A stretch of 64,000 nt of DNA from Podarcis bocagei (Eukaryota), in NCBI GenBank assembly GCA_964188305.1, contig OZ076889.1, one strand, 5' to 3'. The notes beneath the pieces were generated by a model. The model searched no databases, had not been told where the DNA came from, and saw only the letters and a program-made list of their open reading frames with translations. Positions 39,604-53,199 of this stretch are shown piece after piece. Each line of letters opens with the position of its first letter. Within the stretch, counting starts at the first letter, position 1. The translations under genes and the position numbers were made by a program.

Positions 39604-40299
39604 TGTTGAAGATGCAGTACGTAATGTTTGGTGGGTGCTAAATGCTTGGGTTTAAGAAATGTTAGGATTTAATTAGAACTGGTATGTTAGGACTGGTAAT
39701 AGCCAGACTTGTGTGTATTTAAATTGTGGGTTAGCCACTGTTAATCCCCTGGAATTAGCATAAGGAATTAGCATATGTGAAGGGTTAATTTACCTAGGCA
39801 CACTTCCTGGGTTGTGTAATATTCACGAAAGCAACAAGTGTTAATGAAGTCAGTCAGGCTTCTTTGTGAGGTGATGGGCGGTGGGATAAGCAATTAGAGA
39901 GATCAGAGGATTAGGTATTAACACAACACAGGATCAAAGGAAATAGGTGTGAGATTACAAATGTGTGGTCTCTTTCTGAGGAGAGTAAAAAAGGAAAGCT
40001 GATAAGCTATGGTGTTATTTCCTGTGTTGTGCCCTGCAGTGCAAGAGAGGCTGCAGAGAAAAGGATGGGGCTCTGCTTACCAATGTTGTTACTATGGAAT
40101 GAGCTGGCAGCTATTGGGATGCTACTGCTGTGAGCCCTACCATTGACAGCTCCAGGTTGTATATATGTGTAAATAAACCATCTATCATAAAGACACTACA
40201 GCCGTTGTTGAACCTCATTCCCAAAGGAAACACTAACCCTTGATAAGCATGCCTGAAACCCCGGGAATCTTGCGCAGCCGATTGGAGTGGCATGTAACA
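39604..40299 (+). mobile_element. Possible solo LTR
   Basis: TGTTG start, ...TGTAACA end, AATAAA at ~40171. The left boundary is uncertain and no TSD was found. Confidence 0.4.
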
Positions 40300-41350
40300 G
40301 TGCATTGAAGTTTAAAAAGAAGAGAGGGAAGGGGTGGCAGGGAATTCTGATGCGGCATTATTGTTTCTGGTGGTCTGCCCAACCACTAACGTTCCTCTGA
40401 GGAGGAAGAGTTTGATGAAGTCTCACAGTGGATAGATTCTTTACTAAATTTTCTCTGTACTTTAAGACAGAAAAGGCACTATATACCTAGATTCCTCCAT
40501 CAGTGTTCCTGAATCCCTAGTAACAGCTTTGCCATGTACTTCTGTGATGACCTTGGGGAAATCACATAATACCTCAGGGCTTCATCTCTAAAAGTGATAG
40601 ACGATAAAAGATTAATAATTAAATCTGCTCATTGTGGCTGTAGGGGAGAGGGAGAGACCAGAGAACTGTCCATGTATATTTGAAATATGTCAGCACTTAG
40701 GGCTGGTATTCATGTGGGAGAAAGACTGGGAAAAAGATTGGGTAGTTGTAATTAAGTTTGGAAACATATCCACTAAGGCTGTGATCCTAAGTATACTTTA
40801 TTGGAAGTGAGCATTATTGAAATCAATTAGTCTTACTTCCAAGCACATAGATTTAAGAACAGAATTCCTTCCTTCCTGTCAACCAACAAACCAAATGGAT
40901 TTCCACATATTCCACATATTTCCACAATATATTCCACATATTGAAAACTCACAGGAGACGTGGAAGACACTCTGGTGCTGGTTTTTAAAAACTAGTTCGA
41001 ACATAACCATATAGCGTGCATGACAGATTATCTGTGTGCTCTAGGCTGAAATGAGGTTTAGTTCTGACTTCTGTGACCAAAGTTGAGTGGAAAATAGTAT
41101 CAAGAAACACCTTTCTTGAGATTCAAGGAGGATGTCATAGCTCAGTAGTAGAACACATGTTTTGCATGTAAAATGTCCCAGGTTCAGTCTCTGGCAGGGA
41201 TGGCAATGAACCACTGGCAGTCAGACTGTAGACAATGGGCTTACCCTAACTTCCTCTTCTATCACTGTCTTTCCCCCAGGGGAGGGGGCACTTATTAGTG
41301 TTCTAACAGAGCAAACAGCAAGGGGTGGGCAAACAAAAATGCTCAGGCAC

Positions 41351-41660
41351 CAGTGGCGGAGTGTAAGCCAGTGCTACCTGGGATGGGTGCGTGGGGCGTG
41401 CCCCCCAGGGGGCGGTGCACAGAGGACAGCCTCCCATGTGCCAGTGTCCAGGGGATAAGAAGAACATGGAAGCTGCCACCTACTCTCCTCCTACTCTTCG
41501 CCGCTGGATCAGGCCTGACCCAGGGGCAGAGCTGTGGCCAGGCACGAGCGCAGCAGCCAAGGCGCAGCTCCTTCTCACATGGAGCCAGGCTCTAATGAAG
41601 GAGCCTGCAGTGGGGGTGCCCGTTTGCACCGAGGGCCACCCCCCCAATGCTATGCCTATG
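41351..41660. mobile_element. GC-rich hAT-like MITE
   Basis: Starts CAGTGGCGGAG, degenerate right end gctatgcctatg. 8-bp TSD TCAGGCAC / CCAGGCAC (7/8). Confidence 0.7.
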
Positions 41661-43869
41661 CCAGGCACAGAACTTTAAAGTGCAGACCTGTGCCTGGGAA
41701 AATTGGGGCAAATAAGTGTGCAAAAGCCCAGAGAGCAAAGTTATTGGGATTCCTTGCATGGCACCATGCTAGCATGGTCAAGTCTTTGCCTTTCCCAGCT
41801 TTCATTGAGGCATAGAGAACCATGCAGTGTTCTCTGGTGTAACTCAAACAGTGGTTCAAATTGCCAGAAGCTGAAGTTGGCTTTCCTCCTTAAGTGCTGC
41901 TGTGGCTTCCTGAAGACAAACAGACAAAGGAGCCAGTGGGAGTATGTGAGTTTACTGGGCATTGGGAAAGTGTCAGAGAATAAAAGATGCTGGTGGTGTC
42001 CGCGTCTTGAGATGCTGAGACCACTGGTGCTGTTACAAAGCCCCGCAAAAGCTGGTATCACTCATTGCATTCGGGTTACAGTTCCCAAGTGATAACAGCT
42101 ATTAGCAACACTTTGACTGCTTCCCCACCATGCAGGGGAGGGCAGGAGACAGAAAACATGTCAAGCCATCACCTCCATGTTAAGTGATAAGTACCTATTT
42201 AGATGGCAGAGTTAAAGTCCAACGCATCAGGCAGGAAACACTTTGCGCAGGAGAGAAGGGAAAGGCCAGAGCGAGATGTAAAAAGCAGGGTTAGGGTATT
42301 TGTTGTGCTGACAGCAGCTGTGATTGATTGTTTAAGAGAAATAAACTGCCTGTGTTTTCGGGGCTATCAAAAAGCAGGAGCCCAGCACTTAATAGTCTCA
42401 AATGGGTGGCCTTGAAAGGAAACAAAGTGTCACTGCTGCCGGCTCACCGCTTCCCAGTGCTGACATCTGACCTGTCTCTGAGACAGGGAGGGGATAGTTT
42501 TAGGAGAGGCAGCAATGAGCGTATGCTACAATCTTGATGTGTTTTCTTGGCCGTGGGCTGCTCCCAAATCATAGGTGTCCCTCGCCTTGTGCTTGCTTCC
42601 ACCCATGTCCCTGGGGTCAGCATGGCACACTCACATGTTTATGTGAGCACATACATGTATACATCTGACATGCATGGGCACTTCTTATACACATACACAC
42701 AGAGTGAGCAGTCATTCACCTAGCCCAGGCATGGCCAGGCTTGCACAGACTGGTTCGTTTTTTTTACCAGCACTTTGAGCTCCTGCAACCAGTACCAGAG
42801 GCAAAAGGATGGCTCCAGGGAAGAAACCAGTTACCTATCTCTACTGCCCCACACCTACCCTGGCCACTTTAGTCTTGCATATCCAAGTACAAATATCTGA
42901 ACTCTGCAGTAACTCTTTGACCCTAGCACCTCAGTTTAAGGTTTCTGCTATTGCTGATGTTAAATAACTGAGAGGCAGAACCTCCTGCTGATCTACTATG
43001 TGATCTGGCTATCTACCAGTAGATTCTGATATACCTTCTAACATGCAGATGATAAAACAATTTCAAAACACTCATGAGTTTTTCTTGCCTGTGCGCATGA
43101 ACACATAGGTGCTCTCACAATCATTTGGAGATATATTCAAGAGCACCAAGATATATCGTGTATGTGGACCTATACCTCATTTACACTACCCAAGTTTTTG
43201 GGATGGGTGAGTAGAGGTAAGGAGGGATTTTCTTGCTCTCTTGTCTCCCACAACAGATACGAGTGGCAGAGTAGATAAAGGGAAGGGGAACTGGTAAGCA
43301 GCCATTGTCATTGTCCTCCTCTTCCTTCATTTGAAAGAGTCTCAACCCCACCTCTCCCTTCCTATTTTACCTGTGGCTCCCAAAGTGGCCCATTCCTATA
43401 TCTTTTTCCTTGCTGAAGAGGTGCTGTAACCTCTTGAAAGAGAGCACAGATATCCCTGTTTGCAATGAGGATGTCTCATGCTGTCCCCTTCCGTTCAAGC
43501 TTAGTGACCTCTTGACTCCCTCCCCATTTCCAGCTCCCCTGCAAGAGGGGCCTCCCCACCCCCATCAACAAGCATTTTGAAGCAAGTTGTGTTCGCTCGA
43601 AAGTGACATTTTAACAATCACAGTTGCAACATCCTATATGAGCTTATTGGTTTCAGTAACCTGATAGCAGTTTATCCAGTGTTATTGTCAAACAAATTAT
43701 TACAAAACATCTAGTCAAACTAACTATTTATGGCTTGCAGAGAAAGAAACCTTGGAGGTAACTGTTGCTCTGCCTTTCTAACTGGTTGAGGTGGTTACTT
43801 TGTTAACAGGAGTATTTAGGCTGACTTTTCTGGGTAGGAGCACCATATACCACAAAACCAAAAGACTCA

Positions 43870-44244
43870 GGGCTCATCCCCACTTCCTCTTGTCCTGCTA
43901 CTTTCTTTCGGGGGAAACCAATCTTTAGTACTCAATTGGAGCAAGTGGCAATTTGGGTTTGCTCCTATAGAACTTTAAAGAGAGGGGTCTTGCAGGGAAA
44001 GCTCTGGAGCAAAAAAAACAGCGCTCAGATATAAGCTATGAGTTCTGTGTAATAACTTTGGACTGTGTGTGCACATTGCTGCTTTCTTCAGCTCCAGTGT
44101 GCTCCCACCCCTGGTGTTTGAAGGGAAAGGATTGTGGCAAGGGGAAAACTGCTCAAACCCATGCCTAGAAAGTATGGCTCAAGCAGAAAACTGTTCAGAT
44201 CTGTGCTTTCCAGGCACAGGACAAGCAGAAGTGTGGATGAGCCC
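43870..44244. mobile_element. PIF/Harbinger-like MITE
   Basis: TIRs GGGCTCATCCCCACTTC / GAAGTGTGGATGAGCCC flanked by TCA / TGA. Related partial copy at ~28700-28880. Confidence 0.7.
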
Positions 44245-45169
44245 TGAAACGGCAAATAGTACAGTATCAGAAAAAAGCAGCATTAATGTCTGAAAGCCTG
44301 CATAAACACAAACAGCCAAGTTTTAACCTGATGTCTAAATAGCTTCTTAAACTTTACAATGTCAATTTATAGCACTTTTTCTGACTTTGTCAAGAGTTCA
44401 CTTTGGTTGCCATTGATAATAATTTTCCCTCTTCCAATCTCAGTACACAGAATTGTATGGGGGCAGTCATTTTTACATAGGGGCAGTCATTTTTCTCTCT
44501 GTACAATTCACTCTGAGTGCAGCATCAAGCTATGTTGCTCTCAGGGGGACTTGCTGTATTGTATTCAAAGTGTGCAGTGGTGAAAAGGAAGGTGCCCCAT
44601 GCACTACTAGCTGCTCCAGAGTGTGAGCAGCTACGTTACCCAGGGCTTTTTAAAGGGCAGGGGGAAAAAATACCATACAGAAATGTTGCTGTAGTCATTG
44701 GACGCCTCTTAAAGGGATCTACAGAATCGAGTGGATTCATGATCCGATCCTGGTTATGATCCATACAGATAAAACTTCTGCAGATTCCTTCCCTTTCATA
44801 TATGACAAAAAGAGTACACTAGTTTCGGATTGACTAAAGCTGCTGTTTAAGGATACGTTAGCCTTGTGCAAAGGGATACTCTTTATTGAGAATCCACAAC
44901 TTTCCTTGACAACCCAGTCCCAGTTTTTAATCACTTTACCCTGCTGAACAAACTGCACCTTAATTTCTACTTTCAATCTGTCCAGTAGTGCTCTCTCCTT
45001 GTGCTTTCTGTTGCATATTATAACTGATATTTCTCTCTTAGCTTGTTCTTCAAAGGGGGATTTGTCAAGTTCGAAAGCATTAGAGCAGAAGCAGAGAAGA
45101 AAGACCCCGTTATTCCTATGAGCTAAGTAGGTTGTTGCTTGGAAGCTGGCAGGGGAGGGAAGCGAGGGT

Positions 45170-45378
45170 NNNNNNNNNNNNNNNNNNNNNNNNNNNNNNN
45201 NNNNNNNNNNNNNNNNNNNNNNNNNNNNNNNNNNNNNNNNNNNNNNNNNNNNNNNNNNNNNNNNNNNNNNNNNNNNNNNNNNNNNNNNNNNNNNNNNNNN
45301 NNNNNNNNNNNNNNNNNNNNNNNNNNNNNNNNNNNNNNNNNNNNNNNNNNNNNNNNNNNNNNNNNNNNNNNNNNNNNN
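45170..45378. other. Assembly gap (209 N)
   Basis: Run of n characters. Confidence 1.
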
Positions 45379-46561
45379 AAACACATTTTACTGCTTTTTT
45401 GTCCATGTTTAAAAAGCACCGGTGACCTTTTTTTATTTAGCGTGCCCCAGGTGTAATGCTGAGGCTGATCCTCTTAGGGTTTATAACCTCAACAGAGAGT
45501 GCCTTTACCCAACGGAGGGATGATTTAAAGGAAGGCTAGAAATATGAGGCCTCACTGGTACTCGCACAAGTCTCTTGCTCTGCCTTTCCAGAGTGAAATG
45601 GTGGCTTGCCTTGGAAATGGTATAGGGAAAGGAGCTCTCGCTGAGAAGGGTTTGGTCAGGTTGTTGGTTGCTATTACAGATTAGTGCTTGGGAAGGAGGG
45701 GAGGGCTGGACTTCAGGGTGCTGGTCTTGCACAATTAGCACAATTACCAATACATCTGCATCCTCCATACTAGATTGCAGAGTAGGTTAATATAACTAAA
45801 AAGCTCCATTGCTATGTAGAAGACAAAGCCAAGAGAAATCTAGGGTGAAATTCAACATCTTGCTATTGCAAACATTCTGTCTCCACAAGTATATCAGCTG
45901 GCCAGAGAGAACAATTCCCCCTCCCCATATGCTATTCTGGGTTCTTCTTACCCTCCCCCCCAGCCAATTTCACAGTGGGAATAGTGGGAGGAAAGCCCTA
46001 TTGCAGAGGCCTTCAACTGATGGGGTTTGTTAGGTAAATCCTGCCCCCCCCCATATTTGGGCAATCTTCAGTGGTTCCAATATTTTTGGTGACTTGGAAG
46101 CATTTATTCTCCATGACATTTTGGTGCCATTCCACTGGTTCGATTCAAGAGACAAAGGAGAAATACAATATTATATTCAATTAACAGCGTTCTCTGCTTT
46201 TTGATTTCAACCATTTTGCTAGGAATGTCAAGTTTCTTTGAGACGACAGGAAAGATGACCCAGTATTGAGAGTGTCCAGGGGGCATGAGGAGACATAATT
46301 TTTCCTTGTAGAGAGTAACTCCCTAGGGAACAAAGGCTGCTGGTGTATCACAGGGTCCAATGACAAGAGTTCAGGTTGCCTTTTGTGGGTTTTTTGTGGG
46401 GTGGGTTGAATTGACTGGCTTATTTCTTTTTTTAAAAAAACCTTCATGATTATAGTGTCAATAGTTGTATAGTGTATAGTTGTCCTGTACCATTGGGTTA
46501 ATTGATTTGGAGGGTTGAGGATTTGATGAAATTCTCCAACACTTTTGTTTATTTAGAAACT

Positions 46562-46978
46562 CAGGGATGGGGAACCTGTAGCCCTCTAGATGTTTTTGGA
46601 CTCCAGCTCCCAATAGCCCCAGCCAGCATGGCTAATGGTCAAGAGAGCCAGTGTGGTGTAGTGGTTAAGAGCGGTAGTCTCGTTATCTGGGGAACCGGGT
46701 TCGCGTCTCCGCTCCTCCACCTGCAGCTGCTGGGTGACCTTGGGCCAGTCACACTTCTCTGAAGTCTCTCAGCCCCACTCACCTCACAGAGTGTTTGTTG
46801 TGGGGGAGGAAGGGAAAGGAGAATGTTAGCCGCTTTGAGACTCCTGAAGGGGAGTGAAAGGCGGGATATCAAATCCAAACTCTTCTTCTTCTTCTTCTTC
46901 TTCTTCTTCTTCTTCTTCTTCAAGGATAATAGCTGTTTTAGTCTAGGAAAACCAGAAAGGCCTCAGGTTCATACTCTG
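46562..46978. mobile_element. Palindromic MITE (copy 3) split by a SINE
   Basis: Left half 46562-46642, right half ~46922-46978. Confidence 0.75.
46643..46921 (+). mobile_element. Young full-length Squam3-type SINE with (CTT)n tail
   Basis: GAGAGCCAGTGTGGTGTAGTGGTTAAGAGC head, GGGTTCG B box, core gtgaccttgggccagtcac, (CTT)n tail at ~46880-46921. Confidence 0.92.
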
Positions 46979-49242
46979 CCCTCAGTTAGGTAGACTAAGT
47001 ACAGATTATCTCCTGTTTTGGCCCATTGTCTGCATGAAGAAAGAGGTTTTCTGGGGAGAGCATGAGCTGGCACCTAATTTTTAAAAGTAGATGTGCATCC
47101 ATACCTTCTCCTTCAGGATTTTCTTTTCAAACAAAAATGCAGGAAAACAGACTCCATGCAGGAATAAGAACTTGCCCTTAAGGGAACCCAGGGTCCATTG
47201 GCCACATTAGAATGGGCCCAGTTAACATTTCGATCACAATCCACAGGTTGAAGAACACTGCTCATTAGTCAAGAGGTTATGTGACCTCAAATTGTTATTC
47301 TTTTGATTCAGAAAAGTGCAAATTGTAAGCACTAAAACAATGGACATTTTGTATTTTCTGGTGGCAGACAATGTGCCACAAATAAAGACTTAATCTTCCT
47401 CTCCCTCAATCTATCACCCACCCATCCATTCCTTCTTCTTGTTTCTTCTTCACCCTCGAATCCATTTTTTACCCGCTATCAAAAAGATGGTTGTGGTGTC
47501 ATTGGGGTGACCCACCTTTGATCAAATCTGAGTCCAGCTTTGAGCACAATCTACCAGCCAACAACCAAACACTAATGCTGGTAGGGAGGAGGGAGATGGG
47601 CATTTAAAGCTGACAAGATTTCTAATTCTAAACCTTCTGCTCCCATTCCTCCCCCTTCATCCCATCTATGTGCCTGATAATCCTCCTGACGCAGCCTAAA
47701 TGGAGAAGCAGTTGCCATTCCACCTTGGTGAAATGAGAAACACAAATGAAGTGCAGTTTGGTGCTAGAGCAGGGGCTTGACTCACTGATACAGTGTTTAA
47801 CATGCTGCCGAGGTATTTAGAATAGAACCGCTTGCTACCATTTTAAGAAGACAGTTTATTCATCTAAACGGCAAGCGTATGTAGAAGAGGGTCTGAGATT
47901 GACGTCTTTGGGATTAGTTTAGCCCTGCATTTTTTCTGGAGGTCGTTGTCATGGTGCTCAGGAGGTTTGCCGAATAAATGGGGCCAGTGTTCTTCTTGGG
48001 ACCACATGCTAAAAACTAATACATAACGTTTAATTTACTGTCTCCGTAGCTAGCCCAGCCATTTTTCAGATAATAATATTGGATTAGAGCGACTTGCAAG
48101 GGTGGATGGGAGTGGGCAGGCAGGCATGTGGGGGCTGATGAGGAGCAATGAGAGTCGTTGTTGAGGTTCCTTGAAGCAGAGTCGATGGCTTGTGCACTTT
48201 TATTTCTTCACAGAAGCAAATTGAAAAGGGAAGTATCTTTAACTCCTGCGATCAGGGTGTTACATGCAATCTGAGAAAGAAGGCAAGGGTTTACATTGCA
48301 ACCAGAGCCCTCCCTGATGTCAAAATATTGTATCTATCCTATTATGATATGGGGAGAAGGATCCCATCCTTTAGCTTCAAATTTTATTTTGCTATCTTGG
48401 CCCTTTTTGATACAAAGATGGTCACATTTTTGCAAGGTGGGTACTTCTCTGAAAATTGTTTCTTGCTGCAGTTAGAAGACCAGGGTATTTGTTCCTCAAA
48501 TGATTGGTTCGTGTAGGATTTTATAAACATTGTTCTATTTGCCTATTTATTTAATAAACTTACACCCCTCTTTTTCAAATAAATTATAATAAACTACATG
48601 ATCACAAAACACAAGGAAACATTAGTTAAAACAGCAAAAAAGTAACAGTTTTCACCCCCTGCCAAAGTGACCACTGCATTATCTCAAAAGACAGGGGCTT
48701 TCAGCTGTCACAAACTTTTTTGGTTTTAAAGTGTCTGTGTATATGACTAATCTGAGCTGAAGTTGAATCAGTCCAGATTATAAATCCAAACCCAATCATA
48801 AGGCTGTGGTAAGTTTAGTGAGGAGCTGTTGGTCAGTTTTTGTACATTACACACCAGCCCAGAGAAGTTAATGTAATTGGGTTGGCAAATTTCCTAGAAA
48901 ATAGGCTAATAGCCATTGACATGCAAATATGTGCACATTTTAAGTGGTTCACTACTTAGCTGAGCTTATTTTACAGAGCTCAGATGGTTTGGAGTGGGTG
49001 GGCACCTTGCCTGGGGTCACCACTGGGGATGGGGGATAATCCAGTGGCAACAGAGAAGTGGGTGATATGAGGCTAGGCTGGTTCAGAAAGGCTTTGGGTT
49101 GGTTTTTTTTTTTAGAAAAGTGGTCTGAATAGAGTTACTTAGAGAGTTATCAGCTGGATTAATGGGAATGAGAAGAAGACTATTTCAAGTATAACAAGCA
49201 GCCTTGTAAATTACACAAAAATGGAAGTCAAATGAGACAACC

Positions 49243-49284
49243 TGTTTGTTTGTTTGTTTGTTTGTTTGTTTGTTTGTTTGTTTG
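49243..49284. repeat. (TTTG)n microsatellite
   Basis: Visible; a similar tract lies at ~33311-33338. Confidence 0.95.
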
Positions 49285-51131
49285 CTCCCCTAAAGGGCAG
49301 CTGAGAAACTATAGGATTGGCAGAAGGGCCACAATGCTAACAGAGAGGGAGTCCAGCTGCCCAACTGACCACCAGTGAGTCAGAAAGCTCCACCAATAAC
49401 ACTGTCCCACTGACAGTGTTTTGTGAATGATAAAGACCAAAGCAGGACATGATCAAAGGTAGCAGGGGAGGGTGTAGATCCACAGGATACTAAGCTCCAT
49501 CATTATCGTGACATATTCCCCTCCCAAGAAAGAAAGAGTTCCTGAAACGTCCTGGAACTAAAATTGTGGTTAATGAGGGGGGAAGAAGAGTGAAAAAAGA
49601 AAAAGCTATCTCCTGTTGCTGAGCATGTGAGCTACACCTGCTCACCTGCTGTTTGTCAGTGACCACTGATTTTTTTTTGGGGGGGGGGCTGCACTCCACC
49701 TGAAAATGAGAATATTTGCACAAATGACAAAGCATATGCAAATATATGTAAATGGGTGGAGAGTCAAATCAACATATAGTGAGCCCAGAAAATCCTGTTA
49801 GCATCCCTGTTCTCAGTAAATGAACCTCCTTAAAATATTGTCAAAGCGCTCTATCATTTCCCATAAATCTTTTTTGTGAATGGAATTTATACCTCTGCCA
49901 TTGCTCTGAAGTTTGCACAGTACTGATAACCTTCACAATTTCAAGTAAACTGCTGACCATTTTGCCTGCATAGCTTGTGGTAAAAGAAAGGAAATGTCTG
50001 TGTTATTTGGGATATTTCTGAGATTAACAGGAAATCCTATAATTAGAAAAAGGTTTAATAATATACTAATATTTGTAATTACTGAATGGATCTATGCAGT
50101 TGAATAGTGTTTGACACCAAATGCTTCTTCTGATTGTGCATTACTGCTTTTATGTCTTTTTGAGTACATTTTCTGAGAGGTTTTCATGCACGTTAAAAGT
50201 TAGCAGTGCAACTGAAGTGCCTTCGCTTGTATCCCTGTTTAAACCCTCAGATAGTATTTCAGTGGCTAAGATAATGCAAATAAAAAAGTTTTCTTTAACA
50301 AAAGCAATATTTAGCACGGGCTTATTAGGGAGCCTCATATGTGGTCATTTGACCAAGGCACTGCTCACCTTTATCTTATGAATTTTTGGTGGCATCTTTC
50401 TTGTCCAGGTGCAGAAGATAGTATTGCACATTCTTTTATAATCCCAGGTGATGTATACTTTACCTGTATGTATAATTATGTAGTTTCCCAATGTGTATGC
50501 CAGTGATACTGGAATGGAGATGATGGGGGAACATTATTTCATACAGTGCCTTTCACTTAACCCAACAATTCCAAGTTGCTGTCTTTACTTTTTCCAAATC
50601 ATCTCTCTTTGCCTAATGGGCAGTAGTTACTGCAAGATGTAGTTGTGTACTGGTGTTTCTATGTCATGACTGCCAGTGTTGTTCTTCAGTGATGTATTTC
50701 CATGTGAGAGATACAAAGCTAAATAATACAGCTACCTCTGCCACTAACACAAACTTAGGAGCACAATGGAGGACAGAGGAGGGGCAATGCTCATGCATCC
50801 ATTCCTAACCATAGGCACTGTATGCAAGCCACCACACATGAGGCCCAGAAATGATATTCTTGTTTGTCCCATACTGGGTGACAGGTTTGGCATGAACAGG
50901 TGAATATTTAGCTCTCTTAATGACTTCCTGCTTCATTCTCAAAAACCTTCTCAAGAGTTATGTCCATCTAACTTAGAAGATGTCCCTCTTTATAGCTGGT
51001 TGTTGGTGATCATGTTTTCTTAATTAGCATTTTTTGCTATTACATATCACACATCCTTCTACGCTTCCTCTTGAGAACAAGGAACACTTTGCATTGTTAA
51101 CTGCTTCTCCCTTTCCCCGCTTCTTCCACAG

Positions 51132-51227
51132 TCAATTTTGTTGTCAGCCTCAATCAAGCGAGAAGGAGACTCTCCAACGGCATCACCTCACTCCTCAGAT
51201 GATATCCATCACTCAGACAGATACCAG
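51132..51227 (+). CDS. RNF220: RNF220 coding exon (probably exon 5), 96 nt, phase 0 to 0
   Basis: Acceptor ctttccccgcttcttccacAG, donor cag|GTGAGA. Encodes SILLSASIKREGDSPTASPHSSDDIHHSDRYQ, matching RNF220 IKREGxSPTASPHSS..HHSDRYQ. Confidence 0.95.
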
Positions 51228-51524
51228 GTGAGAGAGCAACCAGGAGGACTCAGCTGATGACTGGAAACCAGGAGTTACTAAGTGCCATTACTAGTTCTTT
51301 CAGTGCTGCCATTCAAGTCCTTAACATTTTAGCCTTTTATGTTTTTCAGGGATTATAATATCCCACTTGTTTAATGCATATGTCCTTGCATCTGGGAAAT
51401 CTTGCCAAAAAAAGTACTATGGTATACAAATGTTAAATAATACCCTTAACAGGTTTGCACCCAGTATAGCTTTCTGGTTCCTAATACTTCTTGGTGCATC
51501 TTGGCATAAAATACAGTTGTTAAG

Positions 51525-51528
<4 letters not shown>

Positions 51529-51557
<29 letters not shown>

Positions 51558-51828
51558 TTTATACCCCACCCATCTCTATTTATACCCCACCCATCTCTAT
51601 TTATAGCCCACCCATCTCTATTTATACCCCACCCATCTCTATTTATACCCCACCCACTCTGGGCGGCTTACAGCATATCTAAAAACATAAAATCTCCCAG
51701 TACAGGGCTGCCTTCAGATGTCTTCTAAAAGTTGTCTTCTAAAAGTTATCTCCTTGACATCTGAAGGGAGGGCATTCCGCAGGGAGAGTGCCACTACTGA
51801 GAAGGCCCTCTGCCTGGTACCCTGTAAC
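51529..51828 (-). mobile_element. L2-like LINE 3' end with (AAT)n tail and an internally repeated terminal motif
   Basis: (AAT)n, then tttataccccacccatct...cactctgggcggcttacagc...ccactactgagaaggccct, typical of a reversed L2 3' end. Confidence 0.7.
51557..51657. repeat. 21-bp minisatellite ATTTATACCCCACCCATCTCT, ~4.8 copies
   Basis: Directly visible; one substitution in copy 3. Confidence 0.95.
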
Positions 51829-53199
51829 TATTATTGAATAAAGTTAGTTTTAATTTTGATATTATTGTATTTTATAAATGGATGGAAAATAGGACTAAGC
51901 ATAATGCTCCAATTAGCCAGAAACAAGTCACCACCAGTGGGACTCCATTCTGAAAATCATGTAAATGGAATTTGCAGGTGTAAAAAGTGTTGTAGCCTTG
52001 TCAATTTTATTGGTCAGTAAGTTTTGTATAGTTTATTAAGGTGTGAACACAAAGGTTATCTGCTGTACTGTGTCCAAAGCCAATAGAAGGTCACTGTACA
52101 ACTACAGTTCCTATTAGAGTCTGAAATATGCGCACGCACACATTATGGGGTGCTGCCCATCATCTCCATGGGTATATGGGCTGTACTACTAGTTGGAATG
52201 CGGCCAGTGCATAACTGTGCTAATGAATCAGTAGTGGTCTGAGGCTGGGGTGAATGTTTGTGTCTATTGTATGACTAATATATCTAGCATTATATGTCTT
52301 TTCTTAATTGTTAGTAGCTCCTGCCATAGTCATAGTTTATATAGTTCAGACTATGCCAGAGATATGAAGTGCTCACACTCTGTACTTTCTGCTAGTTCAT
52401 GCTCTCAAAAATGAATCAACACTGTTCTGAATATTGTCAAATACAGATAAACATTGCTAATAGTATTCTTCTGTATGCAGTAAGTGATCCCAGTTTGCAT
52501 TTGATGGCTTTACTTTTCACAACAGGCACTTCATGGAGACTCATAAATTCTTGATGGAGAGGCAAATGGGAATTATAGTTTGCTTTTATAGGGTAGAAGA
52601 CTGGAGGATGATCCTTTTTTGTATATTTTACTGCTCTAGAATTTGCAGGCCAGAGTAGTACAAAGCAACTCCAGTGTATAACTAGAATATGACTAGGGAA
52701 ATACACAGGCATCAGAGATAAATCTCCTCTGGGAGCTAATCCAATGGGCTTTATGCAAATAAAATAAAATAAAATTCTCCCCCTGATTCCAAGAGCTGCA
52801 AGCTGAGCTTTTCACGTGCTGGATGTGTGCCCTGATTATATATTTCTTTAAAACTGCAGTGCTGGTAATTTTGCATTGCAAGTTCTTTATGGCATTTATG
52901 ATCTGCTAGGAAATATACTGTATATATTAGTGAGAGATTGGGAAGCAAACTTTTGCTTATGAGGTTGTTCTGAAGGAAATTTCACAAAGTTTGCACTGAT
53001 AAGCTCTGTTGGTGGCTTAGCAAGGACAGAAACAGTTCACCATTTAGCCCATAGTCACATGAAAACTTAACCTGATGCACCTGCAATTACATGGGGGAGC
53101 AATCTGTGATAAAGCAAATATTTCCACATCCCTGCTACCAGAGATATGTAGAGAACATATATTTTATGTGGATAAATGGTGCAATCAGCTGCCATGAGG

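Noticed and set aside
40900-40942. Short tandem duplications (also ~5674-5710, ~39751-39776, ~44460-44494)
   Set aside because: Ordinary slippage products with no evident structure or function.
44737-45456. ORFs spanning the N run
   Set aside because: Artefacts of translating through an assembly gap.
46639-46923. Poly-lysine ORF on the minus strand
   Set aside because: It is the reverse complement of the SINE's (CTT)n tail.
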